Below, piece after piece: positions 1-10,466 of a stretch of DNA of 64,000 bases. Every line of letters begins with the position of its first letter. The first letter of the stretch is position 1. Origin of the DNA: an uncultured Pseudomonadota bacterium (lineage in GTDB: Bacteria > Pseudomonadota > Alphaproteobacteria > JACZXZ01); assembly GCA_963749075.1 (NCBI GenBank), contig CAVVLJ010000004.1, positions 320,001 through 384,000 of the forward strand, given 5' to 3'. A model generated the notes under the pieces. That model was not told the DNA's origin, did no database searches, and was given only the letters and a program-made list of their open reading frames with translations. The position numbers and the translations under genes were made by a program.

Positions 1-119
1 CGAGTAGTTACTCGTAGGCGCTGCGCTCAGGCCCCTCAGCTCGTTTGCGAGGACATTGAGGCCCGCCCCGCGGCCACCACACAGCCTCCGCGTCCTCCGC
101 GCTGAAGCCTTGCCTTCAT

Positions 120-3100
120 TCATTCCGCCGCGGTGCGCTGCGAGGGCGGCGTGCGGAAGGCGGCGAGGAGCTCGGCCTCGCGCGCCTTCACTTCGGCGAG
201 GTGGCGCTCCTTGATGTGGCCGTAGCCGCGGATGTGCTCGGGCAAGGCCGCGATCTCGACGGCGAGCCTGTGATTTTCGTGGTCGAGGCCTCGGACCAGC
301 TCCTCGATCACCGCCTCGTACTCGCCGATGAGGGCGCGCTCGCGCTTGCGCTCGGCGCTCTTGCCGAAGGGGTCGAGCCAGCTGCCGCGCAGACCCTTGA
401 AGCGTGCCACGATGCGGAAGGCCGAGAGCATCCAGCGCCCGTACTTGCGCTTCTTGAGCTCGCCCGTCTCGGCATCGCGCTCGGCGATGAGCGGCGGCGC
501 CATGTGGAACTCGAGCTTGAAGCCGCCCTCGAACTGCTCGTGAAGCGCTCGGAGGAAGGCGCCGTCGGTATAGAGCCGCGCCACCTCGTACTCGTCCTTA
601 TAGGCGAGGAGCTTGTAATAGTAGCGTGCTGTCGCCTCGGCGAGGCCGGAGAGGCCCTTGGCCTTCTCGCTCTCGGCCGCGGCCACGCGGGCCACGAGCG
701 CCTTGTAGCGCCCGGCATAGGCGGCGTCCTGGTAGGCCGTGAGCTCGGCCGCACGGCGGCTCACGATCTCGTCGAGGGTGCGCGAGATGAGGTGGCCCGC
801 CGCGACCACCTTGGGTGCCGCCGCCTGCTCGACGCGCGCGAGGTCGTGGGCGGCGAGGCGGCCCCAGCGGAAGGCGCCGCTGTTCATCTCGACCGCCACG
901 CCGTTGAGCCCGATCGCCTTGAGGATGGCCTCGGCCGAGACCGGGATATAGCCGCGCTGGAAGGCGAAGCCGAGCATGAAGAGGTTGGTCGCGATGGCAT
1001 CGCCCATGAGTGCGGTAGCTAAGCGCGTGGCCTCGATCACGTCGGTCGCCCGCTCGCCGGCCGACTGCCGGATGGTCTCGAGGAGGGCGCCCGCCGGAAA
1101 GGCCATATCCGGATTGCGCGTGAAGTCGCCGGTCGGCGTCTCGTGGCTGTTGACCACGGCGCGCGTGACGCCCTCGCGCATCTTGCCGAGCGCCTCGCTG
1201 CCCGCCGCCACCACGAGATCGCAGCCGAGCACGAGGTTGGCCTCGCCGGCGGCGACGCGCGTGGCGTGGATGTCCTCGGGCCGGGATGCGATGCGCACGT
1301 GGCTGAGCACGGCGCCGCCCTTCTGGGCGAGGCCGGTCATGTCGAGCACGGAGATGCCCTTGCCCTCGATGTGGCTCGCCATGCCGAGCAGCGCGCCGAT
1401 GGTGACGACGCCGGTGCCGCCGACGCCGGTCACGAGGATGTTGTAGGGCTCGCTGCCGAGTGCCGGTGCTGTGGGCTCGGGCAGGCCGGCCGAGGGATCC
1501 GCCGCCGCTGCGGCCGCCTTGCTCTTGCGCAGCCGGCCGCCGTGCACGGTGACGAAGCTCGGGCAGAAGCCGTTCACGCAGGAGAAGTCCTTGTTGCAGC
1601 TCGACTGGTCGATCTGGCGCTTGCGCCCGAACTCGGTCTCGACGGGGACGACCGAGAGGCAGTTGGACTTGGCGCTGCAGTCGCCGCAACCCTCGCACAC
1701 CGCCTCGTTGATGAAGGCGCGCATGGCGGGGTCGGGGAAGGTGCCGCGCTTCCTCCGCCGGCGCTTCTCGGCGGCGCAGGTCTGGTCGTAGACGAGCACG
1801 GAGGTGCCCGGCCATTCGCGCAGCTCGCGCTGCACGGCCATGAGCTCGCTTCTGTGGTGGATGGAGGTGCCTGGGGCGAACTCGGCGCCGACGGCGTATT
1901 TCTCCGGCTGGTCGGTGACGACGGCGATGCGCCGCACCCCCTCGCCGTAGACCTGCTGGGTGATCTGCGGCACGGAGAGCTCGCCGTCGATGTGCTGGCC
2001 GCCGGTCATGGCGACCGCGTCGTTGTAGAGGATCTTGTAGGTGATGTTGACCTTGGCGGCGACCGCGGCGCGGATGGCGAGATAGCCCGAGTGGAAATAG
2101 GTGCCGTCGCCCAGGTTGGCGAAGATGTGCTTCTCCTCGGTGAAAGGCGAGAGGCCGATCCAGGGCGCGCCCTCGCCGCCCATGTGGGTGTAGGTGGCCG
2201 TGCTGCGGTCCATCCACACGGCCATGAAGTGGCAGCCGATGCCGGCGGTGGCGCGGCTCCCCTCGGGCACCACGGTCGAGCTGTTGTGCGGGCAGCCCGA
2301 GCAGAAATAGGGCGTGCGCTTGAAGTCCGGCCCCTTGGCCTTGAGCATGCGCTCCTTGGCCTCGAGGAAGGCGAGGCGGTCCTTGATGCGCTCGCTCGTA
2401 TAGAACCGCCCGAGGCGCCCGGCGATGACGCGCGCGATGCGCGCCGGCGTGAGCTCGTCGTAGGCCGGCAGCAGGATGCCGTGGTTCTCGTCGAACTTGC
2501 CCACCACGCGCGGGCGAACGTCGGCGCGCCAGTTGTAGAGCTGCTCCTTGAGCTGGTTCTCGATGAGCGCGCGCTTCTCCTCGACGACGAGTATCTCCTC
2601 GAGCCCCTCGGCGAAACGGCGCATGCCCTCGCGCTCGAGCGGCCAGCTCATCGCCACCTTGTAGACGCTGAGGCCGATCTCGGCGGCCTGGGCCGCGTCG
2701 ATGCCGAGGTCGTCGAGGGCCTGGCGCACGTCGAGATAGGACTTCCCCGTGGTGACGATGCCGAGGCGCGGCCTGGGGCTCGCGATCACCGTCCTGTCGA
2801 GCCCGTTCGCGCGCGCGAAGGCCAGTGCCGCATAGAGCTTGTGGCGCATCAGGCGCTCTTCCTGCTCCATCCAGTTGTCCGGCCAGCGGATGTTGAGCCC
2901 GCCCGGCGGCAGCTCAAACTCCGCCGGCGTCACGATCTCGACGCGGTGCGGATCGACGTGGACCGAGGCCGAGCTCTCGACCGTGTCGGCGATGGTCTTG
3001 AAGGCCGTCCAGCAGCCCGAGAAGCGCGAGAGCGCCCAGCCGTAGATGCCGAGGTCGAGGAACTCCTGCACGCCCGCCGGGTTGAGCACCGGGATCATGG

Positions 3101-3596
3101 CCGACATGAAGGCGTATTCGCTCTGGTGCGGCAGCGTCGACGACTTGGCCGCGTGGTCGTCGCCGGCGAGCAGCAGCACGCCGCCGTGCCTCGAGGTGCC
3201 GGCGAAGTTGCCGTGCTTGAAGACGTCGCCCGTACGGTCGACCCCGGGCCCCTTGCCGTACCACATGGCATAGACGCCGTCGTATTTGGCGCCGGGGAAG
3301 AGGCCCACCTGCTGGCTGCCCCACACGGCGGTCGCCGCCAGGTCCTCGTTCACGCCGGGCTGGAAGTGGATGTGGTTCTTGGCGATGAAGCGCTTGGCCT
3401 GCCAGAAGGCCTGGTCGAGGCCGCCCAAGGGCGAGCCGCGATAGCCGGAGACGAAGGCCGCCGTATTGAGCCCCGCCCTGAGATCGCGCTGGCGCTGCAT
3501 CATGGCCAGGCGCACCAGCGCCTGGGTGCCGGTGAGATACACGCGGCCGGTCTCGAGCTCATATTTGTCGTCGAGTGTCACAGCCGCAAGCGCCAT
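120..3596 (-). CDS. Indolepyruvate ferredoxin oxidoreductase family protein (fused alpha/beta subunits)
   Basis: Motifs SGYRGSPLGG, FCSGCPHN, TPP-binding GDGTYFHSG, ferredoxin CEGCGDC, GVGGTG, and C-terminal AYKDEYEVARL. Start set at MALAAVTLDDKY. Confidence 0.93.
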   Translation of the reverse strand: MALAAVTLDDKYELETGRVYLTGTQALVRLAMMQRQRDLRAGLNTAAFVSGYRGSPLGGLDQAFWQAKRFIAKNHIHFQPGVNEDLAATAVWGSQQVGLFPGAKYDGVYAMWYGKGPGVDRTGDVFKHGNFAGTSRHGGVLLLAGDDHAAKSSTLPHQSEYAFMSAMIPVLNPAGVQEFLDLGIYGWALSRFSGCWTAFKTIADTVESSASVHVDPHRVEIVTPAEFELPPGGLNIRWPDNWMEQEERLMRHKLYAALAFARANGLDRTVIASPRPRLGIVTTGKSYLDVRQALDDLGIDAAQAAEIGLSVYKVAMSWPLEREGMRRFAEGLEEILVVEEKRALIENQLKEQLYNWRADVRPRVVGKFDENHGILLPAYDELTPARIARVIAGRLGRFYTSERIKDRLAFLEAKERMLKAKGPDFKRTPYFCSGCPHNSSTVVPEGSRATAGIGCHFMAVWMDRSTATYTHMGGEGAPWIGLSPFTEEKHIFANLGDGTYFHSGYLAIRAAVAAKVNITYKILYNDAVAMTGGQHIDGELSVPQITQQVYGEGVRRIAVVTDQPEKYAVGAEFAPGTSIHHRSELMAVQRELREWPGTSVLVYDQTCAAEKRRRRKRGTFPDPAMRAFINEAVCEGCGDCSAKSNCLSVVPVETEFGRKRQIDQSSCNKDFSCVNGFCPSFVTVHGGRLRKSKAAAAAADPSAGLPEPTAPALGSEPYNILVTGVGGTGVVTIGALLGMASHIEGKGISVLDMTGLAQKGGAVLSHVRIASRPEDIHATRVAAGEANLVLGCDLVVAAGSEALGKMREGVTRAVVNSHETPTGDFTRNPDMAFPAGALLETIRQSAGERATDVIEATRLATALMGDAIATNLFMLGFAFQRGYIPVSAEAILKAIGLNGVAVEMNSGAFRWGRLAAHDLARVEQAAAPKVVAAGHLISRTLDEIVSRRAAELTAYQDAAYAGRYKALVARVAAAESEKAKGLSGLAEATARYYYKLLAYKDEYEVARLYTDGAFLRALHEQFEGGFKLEFHMAPPLIAERDAETGELKKRKYGRWMLSAFRIVARFKGLRGSWLDPFGKSAERKRERALIGEYEAVIEELVRGLDHENHRLAVEIAALPEHIRGYGHIKERHLAEVKAREAELLAAFRTPPSQRTAAE

Positions 3597-3820
3597 GGCT
3601 AACCCTCCCGCATCCGTCTCCCCGGCCTCGTCTCTGTCCTTGCCGCCTGAGAGTAATTTTGTTTCGCGACCAAGGCAACGCCGGTAGAGGAGCCATGCAG
3701 AGAACGCAAGAATGGATCGGGGACTCGACCGCGGATGGATGGAAATTTCCCCGCCGCAGCGGATCGCGGAACGCGGTTGCGCGCAGCACCTTTGCACAGC
3801 AATCCGTTTGGGCGTAGATT

Positions 3821-3842
3821 AGACTGGTGCAAAGACTAGTCT
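3821..3842. promoter_or_regulatory. Putative TA operator: palindrome AGACTAGTCT plus an imperfect upstream copy
   Basis: AGACTAGTCT at 3833-3842 and AGACTGGTGC at 3821-3830, just upstream of the antitoxin start. Confidence 0.45.
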
Positions 3843-3868
3843 ATTTCGCTTTCTGAGGCGGGACGGCC

Positions 3869-4111
3869 ATGAAGATCGAGATCGGCGCCTATGAAGCCAA
3901 GACCAAGCTGCCGGAGCTCCTGCGCGGCGTGCAGAGCGGCAAGCGCTACACGATCACCCATCGGGGCAAACCGGTGGCGGAGCTCGGGCCGCCGCCAGAG
4001 CTCAAGCAACGGCAGGCGGCCGCGGCGGTCGAGGCGATGAAGCGCTACATCAAGGAGCACCCGCGTGTCCGCGTCAATATCAAGGCCTTGATCGAAGAGG
4101 GGCGTGATTGA
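3869..4111 (+). CDS. Phd/YefM family antitoxin
   Basis: IGAYEAKTKLPELL...YTITHRGKPVAEL signature, 80 aa, overlapping the start of the PIN toxin. Confidence 0.9.
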   Translation: MKIEIGAYEAKTKLPELLRGVQSGKRYTITHRGKPVAELGPPPELKQRQAAAAVEAMKRYIKEHPRVRVNIKALIEEGRD

Positions 4112-4542
4112 ACTTCGTCCTGGACAACTCGATCGCGATGCGCTGGGTCTTCGCGGACGGCGGCAAGAGGGATTTGAGCTATGCCATGCAGGTATTGGAC
4201 GCTCTCGATGCGGCCGAGGCCGTTGTGCCGGCCATCTGGCCGCTCGAGGTCGCCAATGTACTGGCCCGCGCCGAAGCGCGCGGCCTGAGGAGCGCAAGCG
4301 ATAACGACGCATTCATTGAACGTCTGCGGCTGATGCCGATCGTGATCGATCCGGAGACCGCAAGCCGGGCGCTCGCCGCGACGCTGCAGCTGTCGCGGCG
4401 CCATCGACTGACCGCCTACGATGCCGCCTATCTGGAACTCGCCATGCGCAAGGATCTGCCTCTTGCCACCTTGGACGAGGAACTTGCCGGCGCGGCCAAG
4501 CGCGCGGGCGTCGCGCGCTTCGAGGCGGCCGCCGCGCGCTGA
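4108..4542 (+). CDS. vapC: VapC/PIN domain toxin
   Basis: FVLDNS, WPLEVAN and LTAYDAAYLELA..LATLD PIN motifs. TTG start overlaps the antitoxin stop. Confidence 0.9.
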   Translation: MNFVLDNSIAMRWVFADGGKRDLSYAMQVLDALDAAEAVVPAIWPLEVANVLARAEARGLRSASDNDAFIERLRLMPIVIDPETASRALAATLQLSRRHRLTAYDAAYLELAMRKDLPLATLDEELAGAAKRAGVARFEAAAAR

Positions 4543-4545
4543 GGC

Positions 4546-6330
4546 CTAATAGAGCGCGTCGAGCGCCGGGCCATAGACCTCCTTGATGACGTGGCGGCGG
4601 ATCTTGAGCGACGGCGTCAGCATGTTGTTCTCGAGGCTGAAGGCCTCGGGCACGAGGATGAAGCGGCGCACGCGCTCGATGGGCGAGAGCTTGGCGTTGA
4701 CGCGCTCGAGCGCCTGGCCGACGGCGTCGCGGAAGCCCTTGTCCGCCGCGAGCTCGGCGAGCGATGCAGGCACCCCCTTCTTGGCCGCCCACTCCTCCGC
4801 GAACTCCTTCTTCGCCACGACGGCGGCGACGAGATAGGCCCGCTTGTCGCCATAGACCATGGCCTGGGCGATCTCGGGCTCGACGGTGAGGAAACCCTCG
4901 ACGCGCTGCGGCGAGACGTTGTCGCCGCCCGAGTTGACGATGATGTCCTTCTTGCGGTCGGTGATCTCGATATAGCCGTCCTCGTCGAGGCGGCCGATGT
5001 CGCCGGTATGGAGCCAGCCGTCGCGCAGCACCTGGGCGGTGCCCTCGGCGTCGTTCCAATAGCCCTTCATGACGAGCTCGCCGCGCACCAGGAGCTCGCC
5101 GTCCGCGGCGATCCTGACCTCGACGTCCTTGAGCGGCGGGCCAACCGTATGGATCTTGACGCGCTGCGGCGGGTTGCAGCTCACCACCGGCGCCGCCTCG
5201 GTCTGGCCGTAGCCTTGCAGGAGGCGCAAGCCGAGTGCCGTGAAGAAGACGCCGATCTCGGGGTTGAGCGGAGCGCCGCCCGAGACGAGCGCCTTGAGCC
5301 GCCCGCCGAAGCGCGCGCGCAGCTTGCTGCGTACCAGGAGGTCGAGGGCCGCGTCGATGATGCGCTCGCCCAAGCTCAAGCTCGCCGGCGCCCGGTAGCG
5401 CTTGCCGCCGAGCTCGACGGTCTTCCAGAAGAGCTTGGCCTTGAGGCCGCCCTGGCGCCGGATGCCCGTTGTGATGCGGGCGTGGAGCGTCTCGTAGAGC
5501 CGCGGGACCGCGGTCATGATCGTGGGCTTGGCCTCGATCATGTTGGCGGCGAGCGTGTCCGCCCCCTCGGCGTAATAGATCTGGGCGCCGATCGAGATGG
5601 GAAAGAAGAGTCCCGCGGCATGCTCGTAGGAATGGGAGAGCGGCAGGAAGGAGAGAAAGCGCTCGTTCTCGAGGCCGAGCTGGCGCAACAACACCTCGGC
5701 CCCCATGCAGTTGCAGATGATGGCGCCGTGGCTCAAGGCAGCACCGCGCGGGATGCCGCCCGTGCCGGAGGTGTGGATGATGCAGCTCACGTCGCCGCGC
5801 GCGATCGATGCGATCACCGCCTCCACGTCGTCCGGCGTGCCATCGCCGCGCGCGAGGACCTCCTCCCACTGGAGTACGTCGATGCCCGGGTGCTGGGTCA
5901 GCCCGATCGGCTCCATCGCCACGACGAAGCGCATGCTCGGGGACTGGCGCGCCGCCGCGAGCAGGTTGCTCGAGAGCTTGCGCGTCGAGACGACCGCCGC
6001 CTTGGCGCCCGAATTGTTGAGGATGTGGCGGTGGTCGTCGACCGTGTTGGTGACGTAGCCGGGGACGCTGACGGCGCCCGCCGCCATGATGGCGAGGTCG
6101 GCAAGCGCCCATTCGGGCCGGTTCTCGGAGACGAGCGCCACGCGCTCGCCGCGCTCGATGCCGAGCGCGCGCAAGCCCCGCGACAGCCGGCCCACCGTCT
6201 CCGCCGCCTCCGCCCAGCTCGTCGCCCGGTAGCGGCCGTCGCGCTTCGCCCAGAGGAAGGACTGACCGCCGCGCTCGCGGGCGCGTTCGAAGAACATGTG
6301 GGCGAGATTCGGCACCGTCTTGTAGTCCAT
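4546..6330 (-). CDS. Long-chain fatty acid-CoA ligase (AMP-dependent)
   Basis: HTSGTGGIPRG, QGYGQTE, WLHTGDIG, ITDRKKDIIVNSGG. The real start is MDYKTVPN; the 1308-aa ORF extension is antisense shadow of pepF. Confidence 0.9.
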   Translation of the reverse strand: MDYKTVPNLAHMFFERARERGGQSFLWAKRDGRYRATSWAEAAETVGRLSRGLRALGIERGERVALVSENRPEWALADLAIMAAGAVSVPGYVTNTVDDHRHILNNSGAKAAVVSTRKLSSNLLAAARQSPSMRFVVAMEPIGLTQHPGIDVLQWEEVLARGDGTPDDVEAVIASIARGDVSCIIHTSGTGGIPRGAALSHGAIICNCMGAEVLLRQLGLENERFLSFLPLSHSYEHAAGLFFPISIGAQIYYAEGADTLAANMIEAKPTIMTAVPRLYETLHARITTGIRRQGGLKAKLFWKTVELGGKRYRAPASLSLGERIIDAALDLLVRSKLRARFGGRLKALVSGGAPLNPEIGVFFTALGLRLLQGYGQTEAAPVVSCNPPQRVKIHTVGPPLKDVEVRIAADGELLVRGELVMKGYWNDAEGTAQVLRDGWLHTGDIGRLDEDGYIEITDRKKDIIVNSGGDNVSPQRVEGFLTVEPEIAQAMVYGDKRAYLVAAVVAKKEFAEEWAAKKGVPASLAELAADKGFRDAVGQALERVNAKLSPIERVRRFILVPEAFSLENNMLTPSLKIRRHVIKEVYGPALDALY

Positions 6331-6498
6331 GGCGTTTCCCCGAGCGCACCGTTCTCGCGCGGTCTTCACGACTCCGTGAGGCCTCGCCTGCGGAGCCGCG
6401 GTTAGTCTCTTGGCATGTCTTGGGCGATTTCGGAAGCGGCAAAACGCTTGGCGGGCGGCTCCCGGTGTCCTATATGGCTCAGTCTCAGGGAGTGCACC

Positions 6499-8301
6499 AT
6501 GGCCAATACGGAAGCGGCGGAACGGCAGGGCGGGCGCGGCCTCGGCGCTTTGCCGCAATGGGATCTCGCCGACCTCTACCCCGGCCCGCAAGCGCCCGAG
6601 CTCAAGCGCGACCTCGCGGCGAGCAGCGCGGCCTCGGCCGCTTTCGCGCGGCGCTACCGCGGCAAGCTCTCGGGGCTCGCGGGCGAGGCGGTAGCCGAGG
6701 CCATCGCCGAGTACGAGCGTATCTCCGAGACCCTCGGGCGGCTTTCGAGCTACGCCGAGCTGCGCCACGCGGCCAACATGTCCGACCCGGCCGTCTCGCG
6801 CGAGACCCAGGACATGCGCGAGAAGGTGACCGACATCTCGGCCGAGACCATCTTCTTCACGCTCGAGCTCAACCGCCTCGAGGACGACCGTCTCGCCGAG
6901 CTCCTCAAGCTGCCGGCGCTCAGGCACTATCGGCCGTGGCTCAGGGACCTGCGCGCCTTCCGTCCGCACCAGCTCTCGGACGAGGCTGAGCGCCTGCTTC
7001 ACGAGAAGGCGGTCGCCGGTCGCCAGGCCTGGACGCGTCTCTTCGACGAGACGCTGGCCGCCTTGCGTTTCCCGGTGGCCGGCCGCGAGCTCACCAGCGC
7101 CGAGGTGCTCCATCTCCTCGCCGACAAGGACGCAGGCACCCGCAAGGAGGCCGCCAAATCGATAGGCCTGGTGCTCGGCGAGAACGTGCGGCTCTTGGCG
7201 CTCATCACCAATACGCTCGCCAAGGACAAGGAGATCGAGGACCGCTGGCGCCACTTCGCGACGCCGATGGCCGCGCGCCATCTCTCGAACCACCTGGAGC
7301 CGGAGGTCGTGGACGCCTTGGCCGGCGCCGTCGAGGCCGCCTATCCGCGGCTCTCGCACCGCTACTACCGCATCAAGGCGCGCTGGCTCGGCAAGGACAA
7401 GCTCGACTACTGGGACCGCAATGCGCCGCTCCCCGAGGGCGACGACCGCGAGATCCCGTGGCGGGACGCGCGCGAGACCGTGCTCGGCGCCTACCAGGCG
7501 TTCTCGCCCGAGATGGCGCGCATCGTGCGCCGCTTCTTCGAGCGGCCGTGGATCGACGCGCCCGTGCGCCCGGGCAAGGAGCCCGGCGCCTTCTGCCATC
7601 CCACGGTGACGAGCGCCCACCCCTATGTGCTGCTCAATTACCAGGGCAAGGCGCGCGACGTGATGACGCTGGCCCACGAGCTCGGCCACGGCGTGCACCA
7701 GGTGCTCGCGGCCGGCCAGGGCTATCTCATGTCCGACACGCCGATGACGCTCGCGGAGACGGCGAGCGTGTTCGGCGAGATGCTGACCTTCCAGGCTCTC
7801 CTCAGGGGCGAGCGCGAGCCGCGGCGGCGCCGCGTCATGCTCGCCGGCAAGGTCGAGGACATGCTCAACACCGTGGTGCGTCAGACCGCCTTCTACGGTT
7901 TCGAGCGCAAGCTCCACGAGGAGCGCAGCACTGGCGAGCTCACGGCCGAGCGCATCGGCGAGATCTGGATGGAGGTGCAGCAGAGAAGTCTGGGCGACGC
8001 CTTCCGCTTCGAGGAGGAGTACAAGTACTACTGGTCCTACATCCCCCACTTCATCCACTCGCCCTTCTACGTCTATGCCTATGCCTTCGGCGACTGCCTG
8101 GTGAACTCGCTCTACGCCGTCTACGAGCGCGCGGAGCCGGGCTTCCAGCAGAAGTACCTCGAGATGCTGCGCGCCGGCGGCACGCTCCACCACAAGGAGC
8201 TGCTCGCCCCCTTCGGCCTCGACGCCTCGGACCCCGGCTTCTGGCAGAAGGGGCTCAAGCTCGTCGAGCGCTTCATCGACGAGCTCGAGGCGGCACTCTG
8301 A
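6499..8301 (+). CDS. pepF: M3 family oligoendopeptidase F
   Basis: N-terminal WDLADLY, zinc motif TLAHELGHGVH, LAETAS, HF..FYVYAY. Confidence 0.92.
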   Translation: MANTEAAERQGGRGLGALPQWDLADLYPGPQAPELKRDLAASSAASAAFARRYRGKLSGLAGEAVAEAIAEYERISETLGRLSSYAELRHAANMSDPAVSRETQDMREKVTDISAETIFFTLELNRLEDDRLAELLKLPALRHYRPWLRDLRAFRPHQLSDEAERLLHEKAVAGRQAWTRLFDETLAALRFPVAGRELTSAEVLHLLADKDAGTRKEAAKSIGLVLGENVRLLALITNTLAKDKEIEDRWRHFATPMAARHLSNHLEPEVVDALAGAVEAAYPRLSHRYYRIKARWLGKDKLDYWDRNAPLPEGDDREIPWRDARETVLGAYQAFSPEMARIVRRFFERPWIDAPVRPGKEPGAFCHPTVTSAHPYVLLNYQGKARDVMTLAHELGHGVHQVLAAGQGYLMSDTPMTLAETASVFGEMLTFQALLRGEREPRRRRVMLAGKVEDMLNTVVRQTAFYGFERKLHEERSTGELTAERIGEIWMEVQQRSLGDAFRFEEEYKYYWSYIPHFIHSPFYVYAYAFGDCLVNSLYAVYERAEPGFQQKYLEMLRAGGTLHHKELLAPFGLDASDPGFWQKGLKLVERFIDELEAAL

Positions 8302-9662
8302 TGGCGCGCGGCAAGACCGAGGCGCTCGAGGCGAGCACGCTCGGCGCGCGGGTGCGGCGCTACGCGCGCGTCGGCCGCGCCATGGGCGGGCTCGCGGTCG
8401 AGCTCGCCGGCAAGCGCTACCTCGGGCTGTCGCTCGACCGCAACCGCCATGCGAGCGAGCTGGCGACCGCACTCGGCGGGCTCAAGGGCCCCCTCATGAA
8501 GGTGGCGCAGCTCCTCTCCACCATCCCCGACGCGCTGCCGAGCGAATATGTGGGCGAGCTCTCCCAGCTCCAGGCCAATGCGCCGGCCATGGGCTGGCCC
8601 TTCGTCAAGCGGCGCATGGCGGCCGAGCTCGGCGCCGACTGGGAGGGCCGCTTCAAATCCTTCGAGCGCGATGCGGCGCGCGCGGCTTCGCTCGGCCAGG
8701 TGCACCGTGCCGTGGCGCTGGACGGCACCCCGCTCGCCGCCAAGCTGCAGTACCCGGAGATGGCGTCCGTGGTGGAGGCGGATCTCAAGCAGCTCAAGCT
8801 CGTCTTTGCCCTCTACGAGCGCTACGACAAGGCGATCTCGACGCGCAACATCCATGCCGAGATCGCCGAGCGTCTCGGCGAGGAGCTCGACTACGAGCGC
8901 GAGGCGCGGCACATGCGGCTCTATGCCGACATGCTGCGCCGCGAGCCGGGCGTGCACGTGCCGGAGGTGATCTCCGAGCTCTCGACGCGCCGGCTCCTCA
9001 CCATGACCTGGCTCGAGGGCGTCCCACTCGTCGCCTGCAAGGACTGGCCGCTTGCCAAGCGCAACCACGTCGCCTACAACATGTTCCGCGCCTGGTACGT
9101 GCCGTTCTATTACTACGGCGTCATCCACGGCGATCCGCACCTCGGCAACTACACGGTGCGGCCGGACGGCAGCATCAACCTCATGGATTTCGGCTGCATC
9201 CGCGTCTTCAAGACGCCCTTCGTGAGGGGCGTCATCGATCTCTATTGGGCGCTCAGCAACGGCGACGAGGCGCTCGCGGTCAAGGCCTACGAGACCTGGG
9301 GCTTCAAGAAGCTGTCGAAGCCCCTCGTCGAGACCCTGAACATGTGGGCGCGCTTCGTCTATGCCCCGCTCATGGAGGACCGCGAGCGGGCGATCGAGGA
9401 GACCAACTCCGGCGTCTACGGCGCGCGCGTCGCCGGGAAGGTGCACCGCGAGCTGCGCCGGCTCGGCGGCGTCACCCCGCCGCGCGAGTTCGTGCTCATG
9501 GACCGCGCCGCCATCGGGCTCGGCTCGGTCTTCCTCCATCTCGCCGCCCACGTCAACTGGCACCGCCTCTTCCACGAGCTCATCAAGGACTTCGACGAGG
9601 CAGAGCTCGCCAAGCGCCAGGCGGCGGTGCTCAAGCGCGCGGGGCTGGCGGTGCCGGGGTGA
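8301..9662 (+). CDS. ABC1/AarF/UbiB family atypical kinase
   Basis: MKVAQ, AASLGQVH, KLQYP, ELDY, HGDPHLGNY, DFGC. TGATG coupling to pepF. Confidence 0.9.
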   Translation: MARGKTEALEASTLGARVRRYARVGRAMGGLAVELAGKRYLGLSLDRNRHASELATALGGLKGPLMKVAQLLSTIPDALPSEYVGELSQLQANAPAMGWPFVKRRMAAELGADWEGRFKSFERDAARAASLGQVHRAVALDGTPLAAKLQYPEMASVVEADLKQLKLVFALYERYDKAISTRNIHAEIAERLGEELDYEREARHMRLYADMLRREPGVHVPEVISELSTRRLLTMTWLEGVPLVACKDWPLAKRNHVAYNMFRAWYVPFYYYGVIHGDPHLGNYTVRPDGSINLMDFGCIRVFKTPFVRGVIDLYWALSNGDEALAVKAYETWGFKKLSKPLVETLNMWARFVYAPLMEDRERAIEETNSGVYGARVAGKVHRELRRLGGVTPPREFVLMDRAAIGLGSVFLHLAAHVNWHRLFHELIKDFDEAELAKRQAAVLKRAGLAVPG

Positions 9663-9691
9663 GGGGCGGGCCGCCCGCCCGGTGCAGCGCT

Positions 9692-10102
9692 TCAGCAGCG
9701 AATCGTCTTTAGCGCATCGGTCTCGTCGGCGTAGGCGAGGATGAGCGCGTCCCGCGTCATCAGCGGGACGTCCAGTTCGCGCGCGGTCGCGATTAGCATG
9801 CGGTCGGCGGCATCGCCGTGGAAGGGCTCGGGGAGGAAGGAAGATTGCAGAGCGGCCCGCATCGAGAGGGGAGCCTCCCGCACCCCCGGTTGGGCAAGGA
9901 AGCGCGCAAGCCATTCCGCGGGATCGGGCGTGAGCGCCGCGATCCTGCGCTTGCCGACCAGGAAACCCAGCTCCCAGGCCGAGACGGGCGAGACCAGCAC
10001 GCCGCCCTCCCGGCGAGCCGCCTCCAACGCGAGAAGAGCCTCAGCTTGGAGCGGCTCGCCCTCCGCGATCCAGACGATCGCATGGGTGTCGAGGAGGAGC
10101 AT
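9692..10102 (-). CDS. vapC: VapC/PIN domain toxin
   Basis: LLLDTHAIVW, SPVSAWE, HGDAADRMLIATA..LMTRD. Confidence 0.9.
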   Translation of the reverse strand: MLLLDTHAIVWIAEGEPLQAEALLALEAARREGGVLVSPVSAWELGFLVGKRRIAALTPDPAEWLARFLAQPGVREAPLSMRAALQSSFLPEPFHGDAADRMLIATARELDVPLMTRDALILAYADETDALKTIRC

Positions 10103-10108
10103 AGGCGC

Positions 10109-10375
10109 TCAGCGGTGAAGGGCGCCGCGAGCTGCATCGAGCTCCTTCTCATCGATCGTCGGCTGGGTGAGGTCGATGTCGGGCACGAGCTTGACGCTGC
10201 CGCGCATGGCGCCGTGGAGCGGCTTGAGCTTGAGCTTCGGCGGCACGAGCTCGCCGACCGGCTTGCCGTGGCGCGTGACAACGACCCTGTCGATCTTGCG
10301 CTTCTCCAGCGCATCAAACAGCTTGAGGCAGCGCGCCTTGAACTCCGAGACGCTGATCTTGACCGCGTCGCTCAT
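10109..10375 (-). CDS. Phd/YefM family antitoxin
   Basis: ISVSEFKARCLKLFD...VVTRHGKPVGELVP, directly upstream of the PIN toxin. Confidence 0.88.
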   Translation of the reverse strand: MSDAVKISVSEFKARCLKLFDALEKRKIDRVVVTRHGKPVGELVPPKLKLKPLHGAMRGSVKLVPDIDLTQPTIDEKELDAARGALHR

Positions 10376-10391
10376 GGCGCCATCCGGGCTG

Positions 10392-10423
10392 AAAAATTGG
10401 TCATAATTATATGACCAATTTTT
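10392..10423. promoter_or_regulatory. Perfect 14-bp inverted repeat, putative antitoxin operator over the promoter
   Basis: AAAAATTGGTCATA-atta-TATGACCAATTTTT, AT-rich, 16 nt upstream of the antitoxin ATG. Confidence 0.7.
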
Positions 10424-10466
10424 ACCGCCGACAGCTGCCGTCAGGAGCTGCCGAAAAAGGGCGGCG

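Noticed and set aside
4546-8472. Very long ORFs (1308 aa here; also 34149-37628, 31849-33681, 18653-23278, 18684-23759)
   Set aside because: These are high-GC shadow ORFs antisense or off-frame to real genes, sometimes running into a real downstream CDS.
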